Assembly (NCBI GenBank): GCA_964016885.1
Contig: OZ024743.1
Coordinates: 23,064,001 to 23,128,000, forward strand
From: Eledone cirrhosa
Taxonomy: Eukaryota
DNA: 64,000 bases
Direction of reading: 5' to 3'
Shown: positions 26,541 through 40,299 of the stretch, in pieces
How positions within the stretch are numbered: position 1 is the stretch's first letter
How the letters are laid out: each line of letters begins with the position of its first letter
The notes under the pieces: model-generated
Told to the model about the DNA's origin: nothing
Databases searched by the model: none
What the model saw: only the letters and a program-made list of their open reading frames with translations
Translations under genes and position numbers: made by a program

Positions 26541-26942
26541 CTGTGTTGTAGATGAGTTGAAGGAAGTTCTCACTTTATATTGACCCAACAAATCACGAAT
26601 CTCTCCTCATATTCATTGATTATGGTGGGAAAGTGTTACAGAATGGGTGAGGTCCGGATAGATGATATGATGTTCCGATGGGTTGGGAAGTGTACTGAAG
26701 TTATATATACCTACTAAAATAACTAACTAATAGATTTGCTCTTGATATATATCCCCTCCATCTTTCTCTCACCCTCCTCCAATATTGTATTTAATGTATT
26801 TTGTGTTTATTTCTTCTTGTTATATATTACCTTGCTACCTAACTCGAGTAAATTGGCTCCCTGCCAAAAGTTAAATACCTACACAAATGTAAGCATGTAT
26901 GTATGTATGTATGTATGTATGTATGTGTCAATAATTGTCACA

Positions 26943-27255
26943 AGTGTAGTGTTTGTACCAGAGCTTTCAAGTCGCTGGCTGGACTAAAAAGTCACACTCG
27001 TTCAGCGCATCAGTAGGGGTTCTCCTACATGGATATAAAGTAGTGGCCGTACTCGAAAACGAGTTGGCAGCCACCATGTATGTATGTATGTATGTATGAG
27101 TGTAGTGTTTGTACCAGAGTTTTCAAGTCGCTGGCTGGACTAAAAAGTCACACTCGTTCAGCGCATCGGTAGGGGTTCTCCTACATGGATATAAAGTAGT
27201 GGCCGTACTCGAAAACGAGTTGGCAGCCACCATGTATGTATGTATGTATGTATGC
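26943..27255. repeat. Two tandem ~156-bp units separated by (ATGT)n
   Basis: Starts at 26943 and 27099; near-identical. Confidence 0.9.
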
Positions 27256-27339
27256 ATGTATGGATGTGAGTGTGTGTATGTATGCATGTATGTATGTATG
27301 AATCTATGTACGTATGTATGTATGTACGTATGTATGTTC

Positions 27340-28310
27340 CTCTCTTTTTCGTAATTTTGAGTTTATTTTTTACCAGCCACCTTCCTGGTGGTAAAATTGT
27401 AAAGAGAATGGAAATTTCATTGTACCTAGTGCAGTCTTTCACTCTTTGAATCATAAGAATGTTTTACAGATTTTGACGATTCCATTTGTAGTTTATGAAT
27501 TAAGGAACTACGTTTTTTTCTCCACAAATCCAAGCTCAGCTATATTTTAGTCAAGATGGATTGGTTTATATCCTGTAGCCCCAATAATAGTAGGCAATGA
27601 AGCTGAATGTGTGCCTTGGCTACCAAACTCCTCATCAACTGTCCGTAGGTATCCTCCTTCTCTTGTATTTTTCTCACCTCATTTATATTGAGTGAGCAGT
27701 TAACTTCTACAGCAGAGCATGTTTTTAAAGTATAGTCCCAAATAATAATATCACACCGGTTTTGTTTTACACCGGTGGCATATTTTTAAGTTTCACCAGT
27801 ATTTCTTTGACCCATCAGTCTCAACATATTCCTCCCGATTCGATTTGATTTTCGTCTTCCGTAAAACATTCCAGATAGTTCTAGCTATTACATCATGCTT
27901 CATTGGGAAGTAGTAACAAGAAGACATTCTTTCACAGTTGGCAACAATGTGGCTAATATCTTCGGACTTCATTTTCCGCAGCCTACATTTATTATAATCT
28001 GACGACTTACATCTATTATCCAGTTGGTACTTAGTGGAGATTTTTTGTTCTTGGATTGCATGAAGATATCCTTCAAAGTGGAAAGTTATAAACTTGTGGA
28101 AACTCCATGCCAGGCTTTTAATATGGTTTATTCCCTCAGTGGTGTGGGGTTTTCGTCACAAGTGCCCATGTACAACCTTCTCAGTGAACTAGTCAATATA
28201 AATTTTGTTCTAGCATTAAGTAGACTCTTCGAATGTCACTAGCAGAAAGATTTGTCAGCTTTTATTTTATGTCTCTCCTCTAGATCAGCGTTTATCTTAA
28301 CAATATTTTC
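27340..28310 (-). mobile_element. Decayed 3' fragment of an RLE non-LTR retrotransposon
   Basis: Minus-strand KCRLRKMKSEDISHIVANC...YFPMKHDVIARTIWN (zinc knuckle plus RHD-like motif); 3' end abuts (ACAT)n. Confidence 0.7.
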
Positions 28311-28338
28311 ATGAATCTACGCATGAATGCATGTATAC

Positions 28339-28378
<40 letters not shown>

Positions 28379-28428
28379 AGAAAGAAGAGTGACATGGTTT
28401 GCTATACAATAAGGGCTTTATTCACATT

Positions 28429-28534
28429 GCTGACAATAGTTTCTCTGAACTGGTCGGTCTAGAGATCGCTACCCGCCTGTTTTTACGTCAATCGATCACC
28501 AATACTTTGTTATAACCAGTCAGTTCATCAGAGC
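28429..28534 (-). ncRNA. Type I hammerhead with long branched stem II
   Basis: gct-CTGATGA-actgactgg...(tgatcg/cgatc inner arm)...ccagttcaga-GAAAC-tatt-GTC-agc; lies in a TA-flanked element ~28378-28828. Confidence 0.75.
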
Positions 28535-28987
28535 GTGCGAGAATGGAGGGAATACACAGGCATGGCTTCTATATATAGTAGTGGCATTAAATCAGAACAA
28601 TAACAATACTAACAATACTAGCAATACTACAATAAATTAGCTAGACCGTAAATATTTAAAATAATCACAACATCAATCTAAGTAAGACATAGAGTATACT
28701 GATGGCTTTAGCATGTAAAACGAGCTGATACGAAGCAGATGTATGAAATTGACATGTAAAAGCTGTCATGGTACCCTAATTGGACTACATCTAAGTGGAC
28801 TACCTATAACAATAATGTGTTATCCCGTATATATATATATATATATGGTAAGAATATTTTCGAAACAGCGAGTTGGTTTGAAATTATTAGAAATGTAAGC
28901 TATCGCCGTATTTTGACTAAAGAAATTATTTTAGCCTGATAGTGGGGTTAAGAACCCTCGGAGAAATGGAAAAAGATGAGTATTGAC

Positions 28988-29037
<50 letters not shown>

Positions 29038-29927
29038 ACTTTATTTTATCGACCTCGTAAGGATGAAAGGCAGAGTCAACCTCAGTGGAATTTGAACTCA
29101 GAACGTAAAGTAGGCATAACTATATGCCACAAAGCATATAGCCCGACGTTCTACAGATACTGCCAATCCTCTAATGATGAGAGCGGAACAACTGCAAAGT
29201 AGACACTGTGATTGTGAAATGGCTTTTTCATGGCGTTATAAAAATGACTTTCAGTATTCCAGGTTGGATAATATAGTTTCAAAGCAAGCACAAATACTAG
29301 TAGATATTATCAACCGTTCCCTCCTACAAAAGCTGCCTGTCCTTGGGCCTATGTAAAAAGGAATAAAGGAATAAAAAGAGAATTTGTTAGTAAAAGAGTA
29401 TCGAAGTATACACACTGTTAAGGAGAAACTAAAATAATATAAAGAGAGTCGGAGAGATATAGAGATATATTTGAAATAATCCTGCACCATTTAGAATAGT
29501 TTTCAACCATCTTTCTCTCGTAGTTAATTTCGACTCCATGTTTGTTTGTTGCTGGTTTTTTTTTGTAATTCTTTTGTTGTTGTTTTTTTTTTTTGTGTGT
29601 GTGTTAGTTTTTTTTTTGGGGGGGGGGTGTAGTGGGGATTTCTAATGGTCAATCATTTGATGTTTGAAAAAAGTCTTGAAATCCTTGGTTAGTATATTTG
29701 AAGAAGTTGATCTTTTCTTTGTGAAACATTGTTTTCTTGTCTCTTCTCGACTCTGTACATACATATCTGTTTGTATATATTGATGTTGTTGAATTATTGT
29801 GGTAACATGCTTTGGGTCGCCTTATTCTTGGTGTCACACTTTATTAAGTTTTTGTGCTCAATCTGGGTTAAAATGTAACAATTCCTCACACAATTGAGTG
29901 CTTTTGTGACTGCCTCTTATAATTTGA

Positions 29928-30443
29928 CTAGTAGATGTACCCGGCGTTGCTCGGGAAATGAATGACAGCCTGTTTGTCCGTATAAAGAGAGCCAAAGGCT
30001 GAGCAAAGAATTTAAATGTAATTGTAAAAAAAAGTTTAACAAAATGGGTGTACAGTGACATGATTGAGTGAAATAAACGGCAACATAAAAACAATTCATG
30101 GGGTAGCTTGAGTTAATTGACGTGAGTAACGTCGTGCTATCAAACGTATTTCTCACAGGAATATGCACGGTATATGTTCAGTCATGTTGACTAATGTTAG
30201 TTGCGTAGACCAATTAGAAATCGCGACCTTCAATCGGGCAAATTGTTCAAGGTCGTTTATGGCTTAGCTAGCAATTTCTGAGTGCATGTCAGCTTTTGTC
30301 AGCTAATTGGCTAGCCAATGAGAGGTCGCCTCAATAGCACGTGCTAAATAGGCCTAGTACTTCAAAAGTTAAAAGGAGCCTAGTATTTGTACACAGACAG
30401 ACAGACACACACACACAGACCGACTTGCTTTTATATATATAGA
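29928..30443 (-). mobile_element. Non-autonomous Helitron
   Basis: 5' TCTATATATATAAAAGC..gtgtgt; 3' hairpin cccgagcaacgccggg followed by CTAG-t. Confidence 0.8.
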
Positions 30444-31174
30444 CTAGCAGAAAACCACCCGGTGGGCGGTTTTCTGCTAGCAAATCTAGTGTATATACTG
30501 ATATTGTTGAGATTTGGATGAGAAATGTTTTCGGCACCACATGTTCACCGTCTCTCGGTGTGTCTTTTATGCATGTATAAATATATATGTTATCTATACG
30601 GTGAAATCTTTGAAATAAATATATGTTAAAACGAAAAAGGAGAAAAAGAGATTAGTGACGGAAATATAAACGTTATGATACATAAACGTTATGATATAAC
30701 GATGGAAATATATCTTCAAATGATCCTTGGCATGGTGTCAAGTCAGAACCGCCTCGAACTGGTTACTTCTGGCTTGTGCAAGGTGTCTCTATAGCAACCA
30801 GCGATTCTCTCGGCCTCAGTGACCAAAGTCAGTAGAGGGGGGAAGGTAATGTTTCTATAGCGACAGTGTTTCTCTTGGTAGTACCAAAGTGGAGTAAGGA
30901 AGGAGAAGGTAATATTTCTGTAGCACCTACATTTGAGTTTTAGGGAAGGACAGACAGACAGACAGACAAACAGAGAAATGCCCATATATTTCTGTGTATC
31001 TATATATATATATATATATATATATTACACACACAGAAATGTATATATATTTCTTAGAACAAAATTATTATTAATGTTTTGCTGTTCATAACAATTGGAA
31101 TTGAAAAATTACTTTTGAAATTATTAGTTATTTTACTAATGCTTAGATATGTAAAAATGAAGCAATGTTTCTAA

Positions 31175-31364
31175 TAATTGTTTCTACTTTTGGCACAAGG
31201 CCAGCAATTACCCAGTACATTACTGGTACTTTATTTTATCGACCCCGTGAGGATGAAAGGCAAAGTTAACCTTGGCGGTATTTGAACTCAGACCGTAAAG
31301 GGACGTAACTCCATGCTATGAAGCATGGTGTCCGACTCTCTACAGATTCTGCCAATCCACCGCC
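31175..31364 (-). mobile_element. tRNA-derived SINE
   Basis: Full-length copy. Confidence 0.88.
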
Positions 31365-31614
31365 CTAATGTCTGTACGTAATGAAGGAGTGAGAGGGGAG
31401 AGAAAGAAAGGCAGAGGTGAAGTGACGAAGTGACTCTCTCCTCCTCCTCCTCCATCTCCCCATTCGTCACAGCGATAGAGGGGAGGAATGTTAGTGTGTT
31501 ACAAAGAGAAAGAGTGAGAGTGAGAGAAACAGACAGACTAAAAGAAAGGGATAGCTGGAGAGAGAGAGAGAGAGAGAGAGAGATAGCAACAGATACAGTA
31601 CAGTAGCTAAGGGA

Positions 31615-31799
31615 TGTATATATATTTCTGTGTGTATATATATATACATTTCTGTGTGTGTAATATATATATATATACACACAGAAATATATATACATTT
31701 CTATATATATACACACACGGAAATATATATACATTTCTGTGTGTGTAATATATATATATATATACATATATTACACACACAGAAATGTATATATATTTC

Positions 31800-31832
<33 letters not shown>

Positions 31833-31990
31833 TACACACACAGAAATGTATATATATTTCTGTGTGTATATATATATATATTACACAGACAGAAATGTAT
31901 ATATATTTCTGTGTGTATATATATATATTTCTGTGTGTGTATATATATATATATATATTACACACACACAGAAATGTATATATGTTTCTG
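31615..31990. repeat. Palindromic AT-rich minisatellite (acacagaaat..tatata..atttctgtgt)
   Basis: Repeated self-complementary units in both orientations. Confidence 0.8.
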
Positions 31991-32157
31991 TAGCACTCCT
32001 CAATTCCCCCCTCTCTCCCTCTCGCTATCCCCCTCTTGTAGTCTGTCTCTTTCTTTCACTCTCACTCTCTCTCTACGCGTGGCGTGCGCAAAAAACATTC
32101 GCACGCGCGCACGTGTTTCCACTGTCGGACAGACAGAGAAATTGCTGGTTATCATAA

Positions 32158-33109
32158 TCTATAAAGCTCAGTGTGTGGTCATGCTCCTTTCTTATAGAAA
32201 TCTACGATATAGAATTTCTTCAATTGAAATTTACAATTCAGTATTCGAAATATCTTCGATTGCGTCTTGGCACAGATAATCTTTTCAATTTCACCCACAA
32301 TTACGCAAAAAATAGATAAAACTCAATATTTTACGATTTTTCTCTGTCATTTAAACTGTTAAACTCTTTCCACTACCATTCAAAATCTATACAACTTCAT
32401 ACTTTCTGCTACTTTTTCTTTCCAAGCTTGATGGTGATACTGTCCGTTTTACTCTCTCATATCATCTGCTTACCTCTAACTACAACCCACACATTTTGCT
32501 ACTTTCTCTTTTATACAGATACATTTATTCAACAACAAGCGATAAATCTTTTTTAAAACCTCTTTTCCAAACGCATACAAACACACACTCACTTCAACAA
32601 CAACAACAACAATCTGCCTTTTATAGATAATGATAAACAATAATATCCTCTATGAGGTCACTAAACCTGCTAGAAACAGCAGCTAACTCTCCCCCATACC
32701 ACACCCCTCCCTAATGTCTTAAATTTAGAAAACATATCTTCTATGAGGTCACTAAACCTGCTAGAAACAACAGCTAACTCTCCCTCATATCACAACACTC
32801 CCTACTGTCTTAAATTTAGAAAACACACAGACAACCATGCAGAACAACTCTATCGCAGCTCTGTTGTTCGGCTGGCATCGTCTACGTGCGTGTTGCGCAA
32901 GTACTGTGAAACAATAAATTTCAACACTTGCACAGAGATAATATCCATAGGCGAAACTACAATTATCACTGCTGGTGCAGCTCCTGCTTCCAGGTCTGTA
33001 ATTCATTCACCCAGTGCCTGGCAGACAAAAAAGTGCTGCCATAAAATGGGTGGTGCAACCTAACTTTGGTAACTTAATGACCCCGAGCAACGCCGGGCTT
33101 TAATGCTAG
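32158..33109 (+). mobile_element. Non-autonomous Helitron (3' end clear, 5' end tentative)
   Basis: cccgagcaacgccggg hairpin + CTAG-t at 33082-33110; tctataaagctcagtgtgtg at 32158. Confidence 0.6.
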
Positions 33110-33167
33110 TATATTATAAGGAGATGGGAGTCTGCTATAGTGCGGCTGCAACTTCGATTATACTCAG

Positions 33168-33333
33168 AGAGTCGGACACCATGCTTTCCAGTATAGAGTT
33201 ACGTCCCTTTACGGCCTGAGTTCAAATCCCGCTGAGGTTAACTTTGCCTTTCATCCTTACGGGGTCGATAAAATAAAGTACCAGTAATGCACTGGGACAA
33301 TTGCTGGCCTTGTGCCAAATGTAGAAACAATTA
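33168..33333 (+). mobile_element. tRNA-derived SINE
   Basis: Family match, slightly 5' truncated. Confidence 0.85.
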
Positions 33334-33336
33334 TTG

Positions 33337-33421
<85 letters not shown>

Positions 33422-34382
33422 CTGTGTGTGTATGTGTGTGTGTATGTATGTGTATATGTGTGTGTGTGTGTATAATTATTTTTTGAAGAGGAGTATTTTT
33501 CAAATAAAACTACTTGCGAATGTTCTAGAACTGTAGATTCCTTCTATTTATATAAATATATGTGCATGCATGCGCATGCGCGTGTGTGTGTGTGCATTTG
33601 CATGTGTGTGTGTGCGTATTTGTGTATGTGCGTGTATGTATGTATGTGTATTGGGAAAAAAATGTGTTTCTTCATATCTGTTGTATCAAAGTAATAAACA
33701 AGAAGCAGATTAAATATTTTTTAAATGGTTCAATCATGTATTCCTGGTAGTTTGATGTTTGTATGACTTCAGGCATTTCGAATTCAAAATGATGAAATTC
33801 AGTTTTTACGTTTCTTTTTCTTCGTTTTCCTTCTTTTTTTTATCATTTAATTTCGAATGAGACATTATAGACAGACATGGACAGAGATGAACAAGTTATC
33901 TTACTCTATAGTTTCTTTGAGTTTTTCTTCTTATTATTATTATTATTTTTTTTTTTTCTCTTCCCCTCCTCCCCTTCATCCTCCTTCTTCTTCTCCTCCT
34001 CTTCCCCTCCTCCTCCTTCTTCTTCTTCTTCTTCTTCTTTTCCTTCTTCTCTTTCTTCTTTTTCTTCCACTTCTTCTTTTTCTTCTACTTCTCCCCCCCC
34101 CCACTCATCTCTCCCTTTCCTCCTTATTCTTATCTCCCCCTCCACATCCTCCTCCTCCTCCTCCTCCTTCTTCTTCTTCTTCTTCCTCTCCTTCTCCTTC
34201 TTCTTCTTCTTTCTTATCTACCACGTGGTTAATGAAGGCCAATGGCCATTCCTCTCAATTCAAACATTTGTGAATATTTTTAGATTAAATTTGCTTTACT
34301 TGGAAACAAACAAATAAAATGACAAATGAAGTCTGAAATAATGGTCGAAATGGGAATCTAATAAACAATCTCGTAGATGTTT

Positions 34383-34590
34383 GGTGAATTGGCAGTATCA
34401 GTAGAGAGTTGGTAGAGAGTCGGTAGAGAGTCGGACACCATGCTTTCCAGCAGAGAGTTACGCCCCTTTATGGTCTGAGTTCAAATCCCGCCGAGGTTAA
34501 CTTTGCCTTTCATCCTTACGGGGTCGATAAAATAAAGTACCAGTAATGTACTGGGTAATTGCTGGCCTTGTGCCAAAAGTAGAAACAATT
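34383..34590 (+). mobile_element. tRNA-derived SINE
   Basis: Family match with triplicated gtagagagt. Confidence 0.85.
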
Positions 34591-34954
34591 ATATACATGT
34601 CAATATATACATGTGTGTCTGAGAGAGACAGAGTGTGTGTCTGTGTGTGTGTGTGTGGAGAGAGAGAGAGACGGTGTATGTGTGTGTGTGAGATAAAGTA
34701 TATGTGTTGTGTGTGAGAGAGAAGGGGAGAGAGAATGTGTGAGTGTGTTTGAGAGAGGGGGTGAGGAAGAGAGGGGGTGAGGGGGTAAGGAGGAGAGAAG
34801 GGGTGAGGAGGAGAGAAGGGGTGAGGAGAGAAGGCGTGAGGGGGAGGAGAGAGGTAGAGAGAGTGTGAGTGTTTGTGTGAGCGAGAGAATGTGTGAGAGA
34901 GCGTGTGTGAGAGAGAGAGGGGGGGGCGTACGTGTGAGGGGGAGAGAGGGGGAG

Positions 34955-35018
<64 letters not shown>

Positions 35019-35157
35019 AGAGAGAGAGAGAGAAACATTTGTGCGACATGAATGTCACTCTCTACGACGCCATTAAGCTAACGACAAAGAAAAACAGATT
35101 AATACGGTCGTTTCAGTGATACTACTATATATTCCATGTATTATTTCTCATTCTATC

Positions 35158-35189
35158 TTCTGATGAGGGACTTGTGTCCGAAACGTAAA
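35158..35189 (+). ncRNA. Ultra-minimal hammerhead-like motif (stem I decayed)
   Basis: CTGATGA-gggacttgtgtcc-GAAAC-GTA. Confidence 0.6.
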
Positions 35190-35348
35190 CACTCTTTTCT
35201 ACTGTATGAAGCATTAAACTAATATATTTCTTCATTGTACTGTGTTGTATGCTTTGTTGTTGTTTCTGTTTACTTTTCGTATATATATATTATTCACACT
35301 CACTCTCACACACACATATCTATATATATACATATATATATATACATA

Positions 35349-35428
<80 letters not shown>

Positions 35429-36615
35429 AAGAGAGAGAGAGAGAGATATAGATATATAGATAGATAAATATACACGGGTGTGTATGATTGTGTATAGAAG
35501 ATTATATTAATAAAAGGAATTCCAACTTTGTCTGATTTACTCGTTTTATTTACAATCCTTTAAAATGTATAATGGTATTATAATGAAATAGTATGATAGA
35601 ACATTAAATGTTAAATGTTAATTGAACAAATACTTTCATGCTTTCGCAATCTTCAGGTTCATAATGTGTGGTGACAGTCAAGTTTGCAATTTTCAACTGT
35701 GAAAATTCAACAACGAGACACTTTATTTCACGTTGCACCAGTTGACTCAGCTGTAGAAACGAGGTATACCTTGGAAGAGGCCAGCTAAACCTGCATAGGT
35801 GTGAGCTGTCACACACCCACTATTAATCAATGCTCTGAATTTATGCAGAAATACGCTCTATACCATCAGCTGCATTGCGTTCCCTTATCAAATAACGAAT
35901 AATGCTTTTGTGCATTGCACAGCTTGCCAAGTAAGTCTCTATCTAACGTCCCTCTGATAGCTGGCAAAATCATTACATTTGCTTTCTCTATTGATTAACC
36001 CTTTCTTCATTAAGCACAGTTGCTACAGGCACAAGAAGCAGATACTATATGGCCTGGGAGCAGGACCATAACAAGGGTTTGCAACCGTGTGGAATGGAGA
36101 TCTTTCATCACCCATTGCTCCAAGAAGAAGAAGAATATTGTACCATTCCAGGTAATTGCAAAACTAACGAAATATGGAAATTGCACGAACGTGGTCAATA
36201 CAATCTTAACAGAGCTAAGACAATATTCAAAATTCTTGGTATCCTCTACACGCTACAAGACTAGAAATTACTTCAACTTAATCAGTTGCACTCTAATCTA
36301 GATTACTGCTCTCTTGTTCGGGATTTTGCAACAGGAAAGCCTCTAAGTATCACTCAACCTACCAAAAACAGCAGTCAAATCTCCCTCAAAGTACACCCTA
36401 ACCTCTTTAATAAAGATATATTGAACAATTTAGTCCCTGATAGACAAAGACGTCATGGACCCACAAAGGGCGCCTTTTATCATAGATTTGATCATAGGGT
36501 CGACATGTGCTGAACAACAGCATCTTTATTTGCAACACCCTCTTCCTTCCCCACAAGAAATAAACAAGTAAACCTTTTCTTACTAAAACTGTACAGCCTC
36601 TACTTTCTCTCTTAC

Positions 36616-36649
<34 letters not shown>

Positions 36650-37209
36650 CGCAATATAACAGTGTTACTTCCACTCCACTCTGTTAATAAAGACACTCAA
36701 TGCATCTGTATATTTTCTGTTCACCATCATTATTGCCTGTCTCCCTTAACTGTCGACTTGCAGGAGTTGAAGCTGAAATTTCATCTACATAACCACCTCA
36801 CTAGTCTGTGAAATGTTGCTTCTTATTCTCTGACACAAGGAGAAATAATGGTTTCTGATTTAGGCACAAGGCCAACCATTTTGGAGGAGAGGAAAGTTGA
36901 TTGAGTTTTTGGCCTCTTATATGTGAAGTTTTAGTAGATATCGCCTAACGATGCATTAAATAACTTTACATTTCCTGGTTGTCTAAATTCCTTCCTTTGT
37001 CTAAAGCGCATAATTAGATCGATTTTTAATTTCGGCACAAGATCCCCCCCCCCCCCCCCAAAAAAAAGGAAAGGGTAACGTTGTTTGAATCAACCCCGGT
37101 ATTTGAATGGTACTTTGTTATATCGAACCCCTCTTTCCTAAAGGATGAAAAGCAAAGTTGACCTCGGCGGAATTTGAACATAGAATATAAAAAAAAAAAC
37201 AGAACAAAC

Positions 37210-37396
37210 AATTGTTTCTACTTTTGGCAGAAGGCCAACATTACTGGTGATTTATTTTATCGACCCCATAAGGATGAAAGGCAAAGTTAACCTCGACAGG
37301 ATTTGAACTCAGACCGTAAAGGGCCGTAACTCTAAGCCAAAAACAGCGCAATGGTATTTCATCCGACGCTCTACCAATTCTGGCAATCCACTGCCC
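37210..37396 (-). mobile_element. tRNA-derived SINE (diverged)
   Basis: Family match. Confidence 0.8.
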
Positions 37397-37998
37397 CAGA
37401 GAAGACCATTATATTAAAAAATAGTTTGAAACTTATATTTTTATTATAAAAGCAAAGAAAAATTAACGCCCATAATGATTGTATAGAAGTAAACATAAAT
37501 ATAAATAGTCTCTACTAGTTTTACAATTGTGAATATGATGCTGTGGATTTTTAGTAAAGCTGATGTTACGCCAAATACCAACTAAATAGTCCTCCCTGGC
37601 AAGCGAAAACAAAATTATTTTGGCCATATTTGCCAGAATCTCGGAGGTAAAGGCACAAAAATGTCACAGGACAAAGTGTCGCATTTTATTTAAATATCAT
37701 AAAAAGTAATGTATTTAAAACACTGGAAACTTACGTCTATAAGGATATAAATGTAAAAAAAAGAAACAGTGAAAAACTTTCGGTTTAAACCTAATTTTTT
37801 ACTCCAGCCAAAAGTGTGACTTTTTTCTCTAGCCTTTTCTATGTGGTTTTATTTTTATTCCCCATTTGCTGCAATTCAATAATCTCAATGGAATTGTAAT
37901 GTCAGGTACATTAAATTCATTATTCTGTCGGTTTCTACTGTTGCTGTTACTAAAAGGTGAAGGTTCTTGATTGATTGTTAAAAGAACTGGAAAATAAT

Positions 37999-38175
37999 TG
38001 TTTCTACTTTTGGCACAAGGCCAGCAATTACCCAGTACATTACTGGTACTTTATTTTATGCCTTATGAAAGGCAAAGTGAACCTCGGCGGGATTTGAACT
38101 CAGACCGTAAAGGGACGTAACTATGCTGGAAAGCATGGCGTCCGACCCTCTACCGATACTGCCAATCCACCGCCC
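37999..38175 (-). mobile_element. tRNA-derived SINE
   Basis: 16-bp TSD agaactggaaaataat (37983-37998/38176-38191). Confidence 0.92.
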
Positions 38176-38299
38176 AGAACTGGAAAATAATAAATCTTAT
38201 AAAACATGAGAAGAAATACTCAATCATCACTACCCCAATAATACGGATCTGGACAGTGTGGGAGAGTATCATCTTGGGTACATAACGACAGGTACATGC

Positions 38300-38720
38300 C
38301 ACCTCATGGTCATAGCTTATAGAATGAAAATAGCGTTACTCGGAGGATAGCGAGAGAAACACGTTGAAATAGCCATTCCAACTCACGGGGTTTACTCCTG
38401 CAGGCGGCTAACTCTTCTCCTATAGCAGTGAGTCGAGAGATAGCATGGGGACCAAGAAAGATGCAGGTCTCCATCTTTAGATATTCAAGTACTATCAAGG
38501 GAAAGTGTTGATGTGGGAAACTATGCCACCAAAAAGTTGACGACGTAATATAGTGGATAAGCAACCAATCCATACTCTAACTGCTCGGAACTGTGCCAAA
38601 TCGATCAGAGCAGCAAGCGCTTTTCAAGGAAGTCACTTGGGGTTAACCATTCACCTAATGGCGTGTAGAAGGCAGACAGCAGTTTCAATTGAGATATTTA
38701 ATGCCGAATATAAATTTTAT
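38300..38720 (-). mobile_element. CRE-like RLE LINE 3' fragment
   Basis: FLGPHAISRLTAIGEELA...RELEWLFQRVSLAILR, homologous to 16536-16700. Confidence 0.75.
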
Positions 38721-38742
38721 CATCCAGCGTTTACTTCACTTT

Positions 38743-39953
38743 TAGATTAAAGCTTTTACGTTAGATTAGAGCTTTTACGTTAGATTAAAGCTTTTACGTT
38801 AGATTAAAGCTTTTACGTTAGATTAATGGTTTTACGTTAGATTAAAGCTTTTACGTTACATTAAGGCTTTCACTTTAGATTAAAGTTTTCGCGTTAGATT
38901 AAAGTTTTCGCTTTAGATTAAAGTTTTCGCTTTAGATTAAAGCTTTCGCGTTAGAGTAAAGCTTTCACGTTAGATTAAAGCTTTCACTTTGGATTAAAGT
39001 TTTCGCGTTAGATTAAAGTTTTCGCTTTAGATTAAAGCTTTCGCGTTAGAGTAAAGCTTTCACGTTAGATTAAAGCTTTCACTTTGGATTAAAGTTTTCG
39101 CGTTAGATTAAAGTTTTCGCTTTAGATTAAAGCTTTCGCGTTAGAGTAAAGCTTTCACGTTAGATTAAAGCTTTCACTTTGGATTAAAGTTTTCGCGTTA
39201 GATTAAAGTTTTCGCTTTGGATTAAAGCTTTCGCGTTAGAGTAAAGCTTTCACGTTAGATTAAAGCTTTCACTTTGGATTAAAGTTTTCGCGTTAGATTA
39301 AAGTTTTCGCTTTAGATTAAAGCTTTCGCGTTAGAGTAAAGCTTTCACGTTAGATTAAAGCTTTCACTTTGGATTAAAGTTTTCGCGTTAGATTAAAGTT
39401 TTCGCTTTAGATTAAAGCTTTCGCGTTAGAGTAAAGCTTTCACGTTAGATTAAAGCTTTCACTTTAGATTAAAGTTTTCGCGTTAGATTAAAGTTTTTGC
39501 TTTAGATTAAAGCATTCGCGTTAGAGTAAAGCTTTCACGTTAGATTAAAGCTTTCACTTTGGATTAAAGTTTTCGCGTTAGATTAAAGTTTTCGCTTTAG
39601 ATTAAAGCTTTCGCGTTAGAGTAAAGCTTTCACGTTAGATTAAAGCTTTCACTTTGGATTAAAGTTTTCGCGTTAGATTAAAGTTTTCGCTTTAGATTAA
39701 AGCTTTCGCGTTAGAGTAAAGCTTTCACGTTAGATTAAAGCTTTCACTTTGGATTAAAGTTTTCGCGTTAGATTAAAGTTTTCGCTTTAGATTAAAGCTT
39801 TCGCGTTAGAGTAAAGCTTTCACGTTAGATTAAAGCTTTCACTTTGGATTAAAGTTTTTGCGTTAGATTAAAGTTTTCGCGTTAGCTTAAAGTTTTCGCG
39901 TTAGATTAAAGCTTTCGCGTTATATTAAAGCTTTCACGTTAGATTAAAGCTTT
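38743..39953. repeat. 19-bp satellite with a 95-bp (5-mer) higher-order repeat
   Basis: Diagnostic gagtaaagc monomer recurs every 95 bp from 38954 to 39809 (10 times). Confidence 0.95.
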
Positions 39954-40299
39954 AGAAATTATCATCGTTCTTTAATACCGTCAACTTCCCCTTTCTACTG
40001 GGGTCGATAAAATAAAGTACCAACCAAGTTAAAATTGACTATACACCTCCTCCAATTGTGTGACCTTTGACTTACGTAAAGATCTATATTTCTATCAGTA
40101 ATGTACTGGGTAATTGCTGGCCTTGTGCCTAAAGTAGAAACAGTTATTAAAAAAAAGAAACCATTTTTGATGGAAGGGAGACAACTTCGTTTATTTTCGA
40201 AACTACGTATCTAAGTTTACTATTCATTCTGTATACATGTTTTATATATGTCAACAGTTTATATACATATTTTTATTTTGCTAATAAAATAATGTAACT

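Noticed and set aside
35880-36300. Possible exon or transposase fragment (short ORFs in two frames)
   Set aside because: No motif I can recognise; would need tBLASTx.
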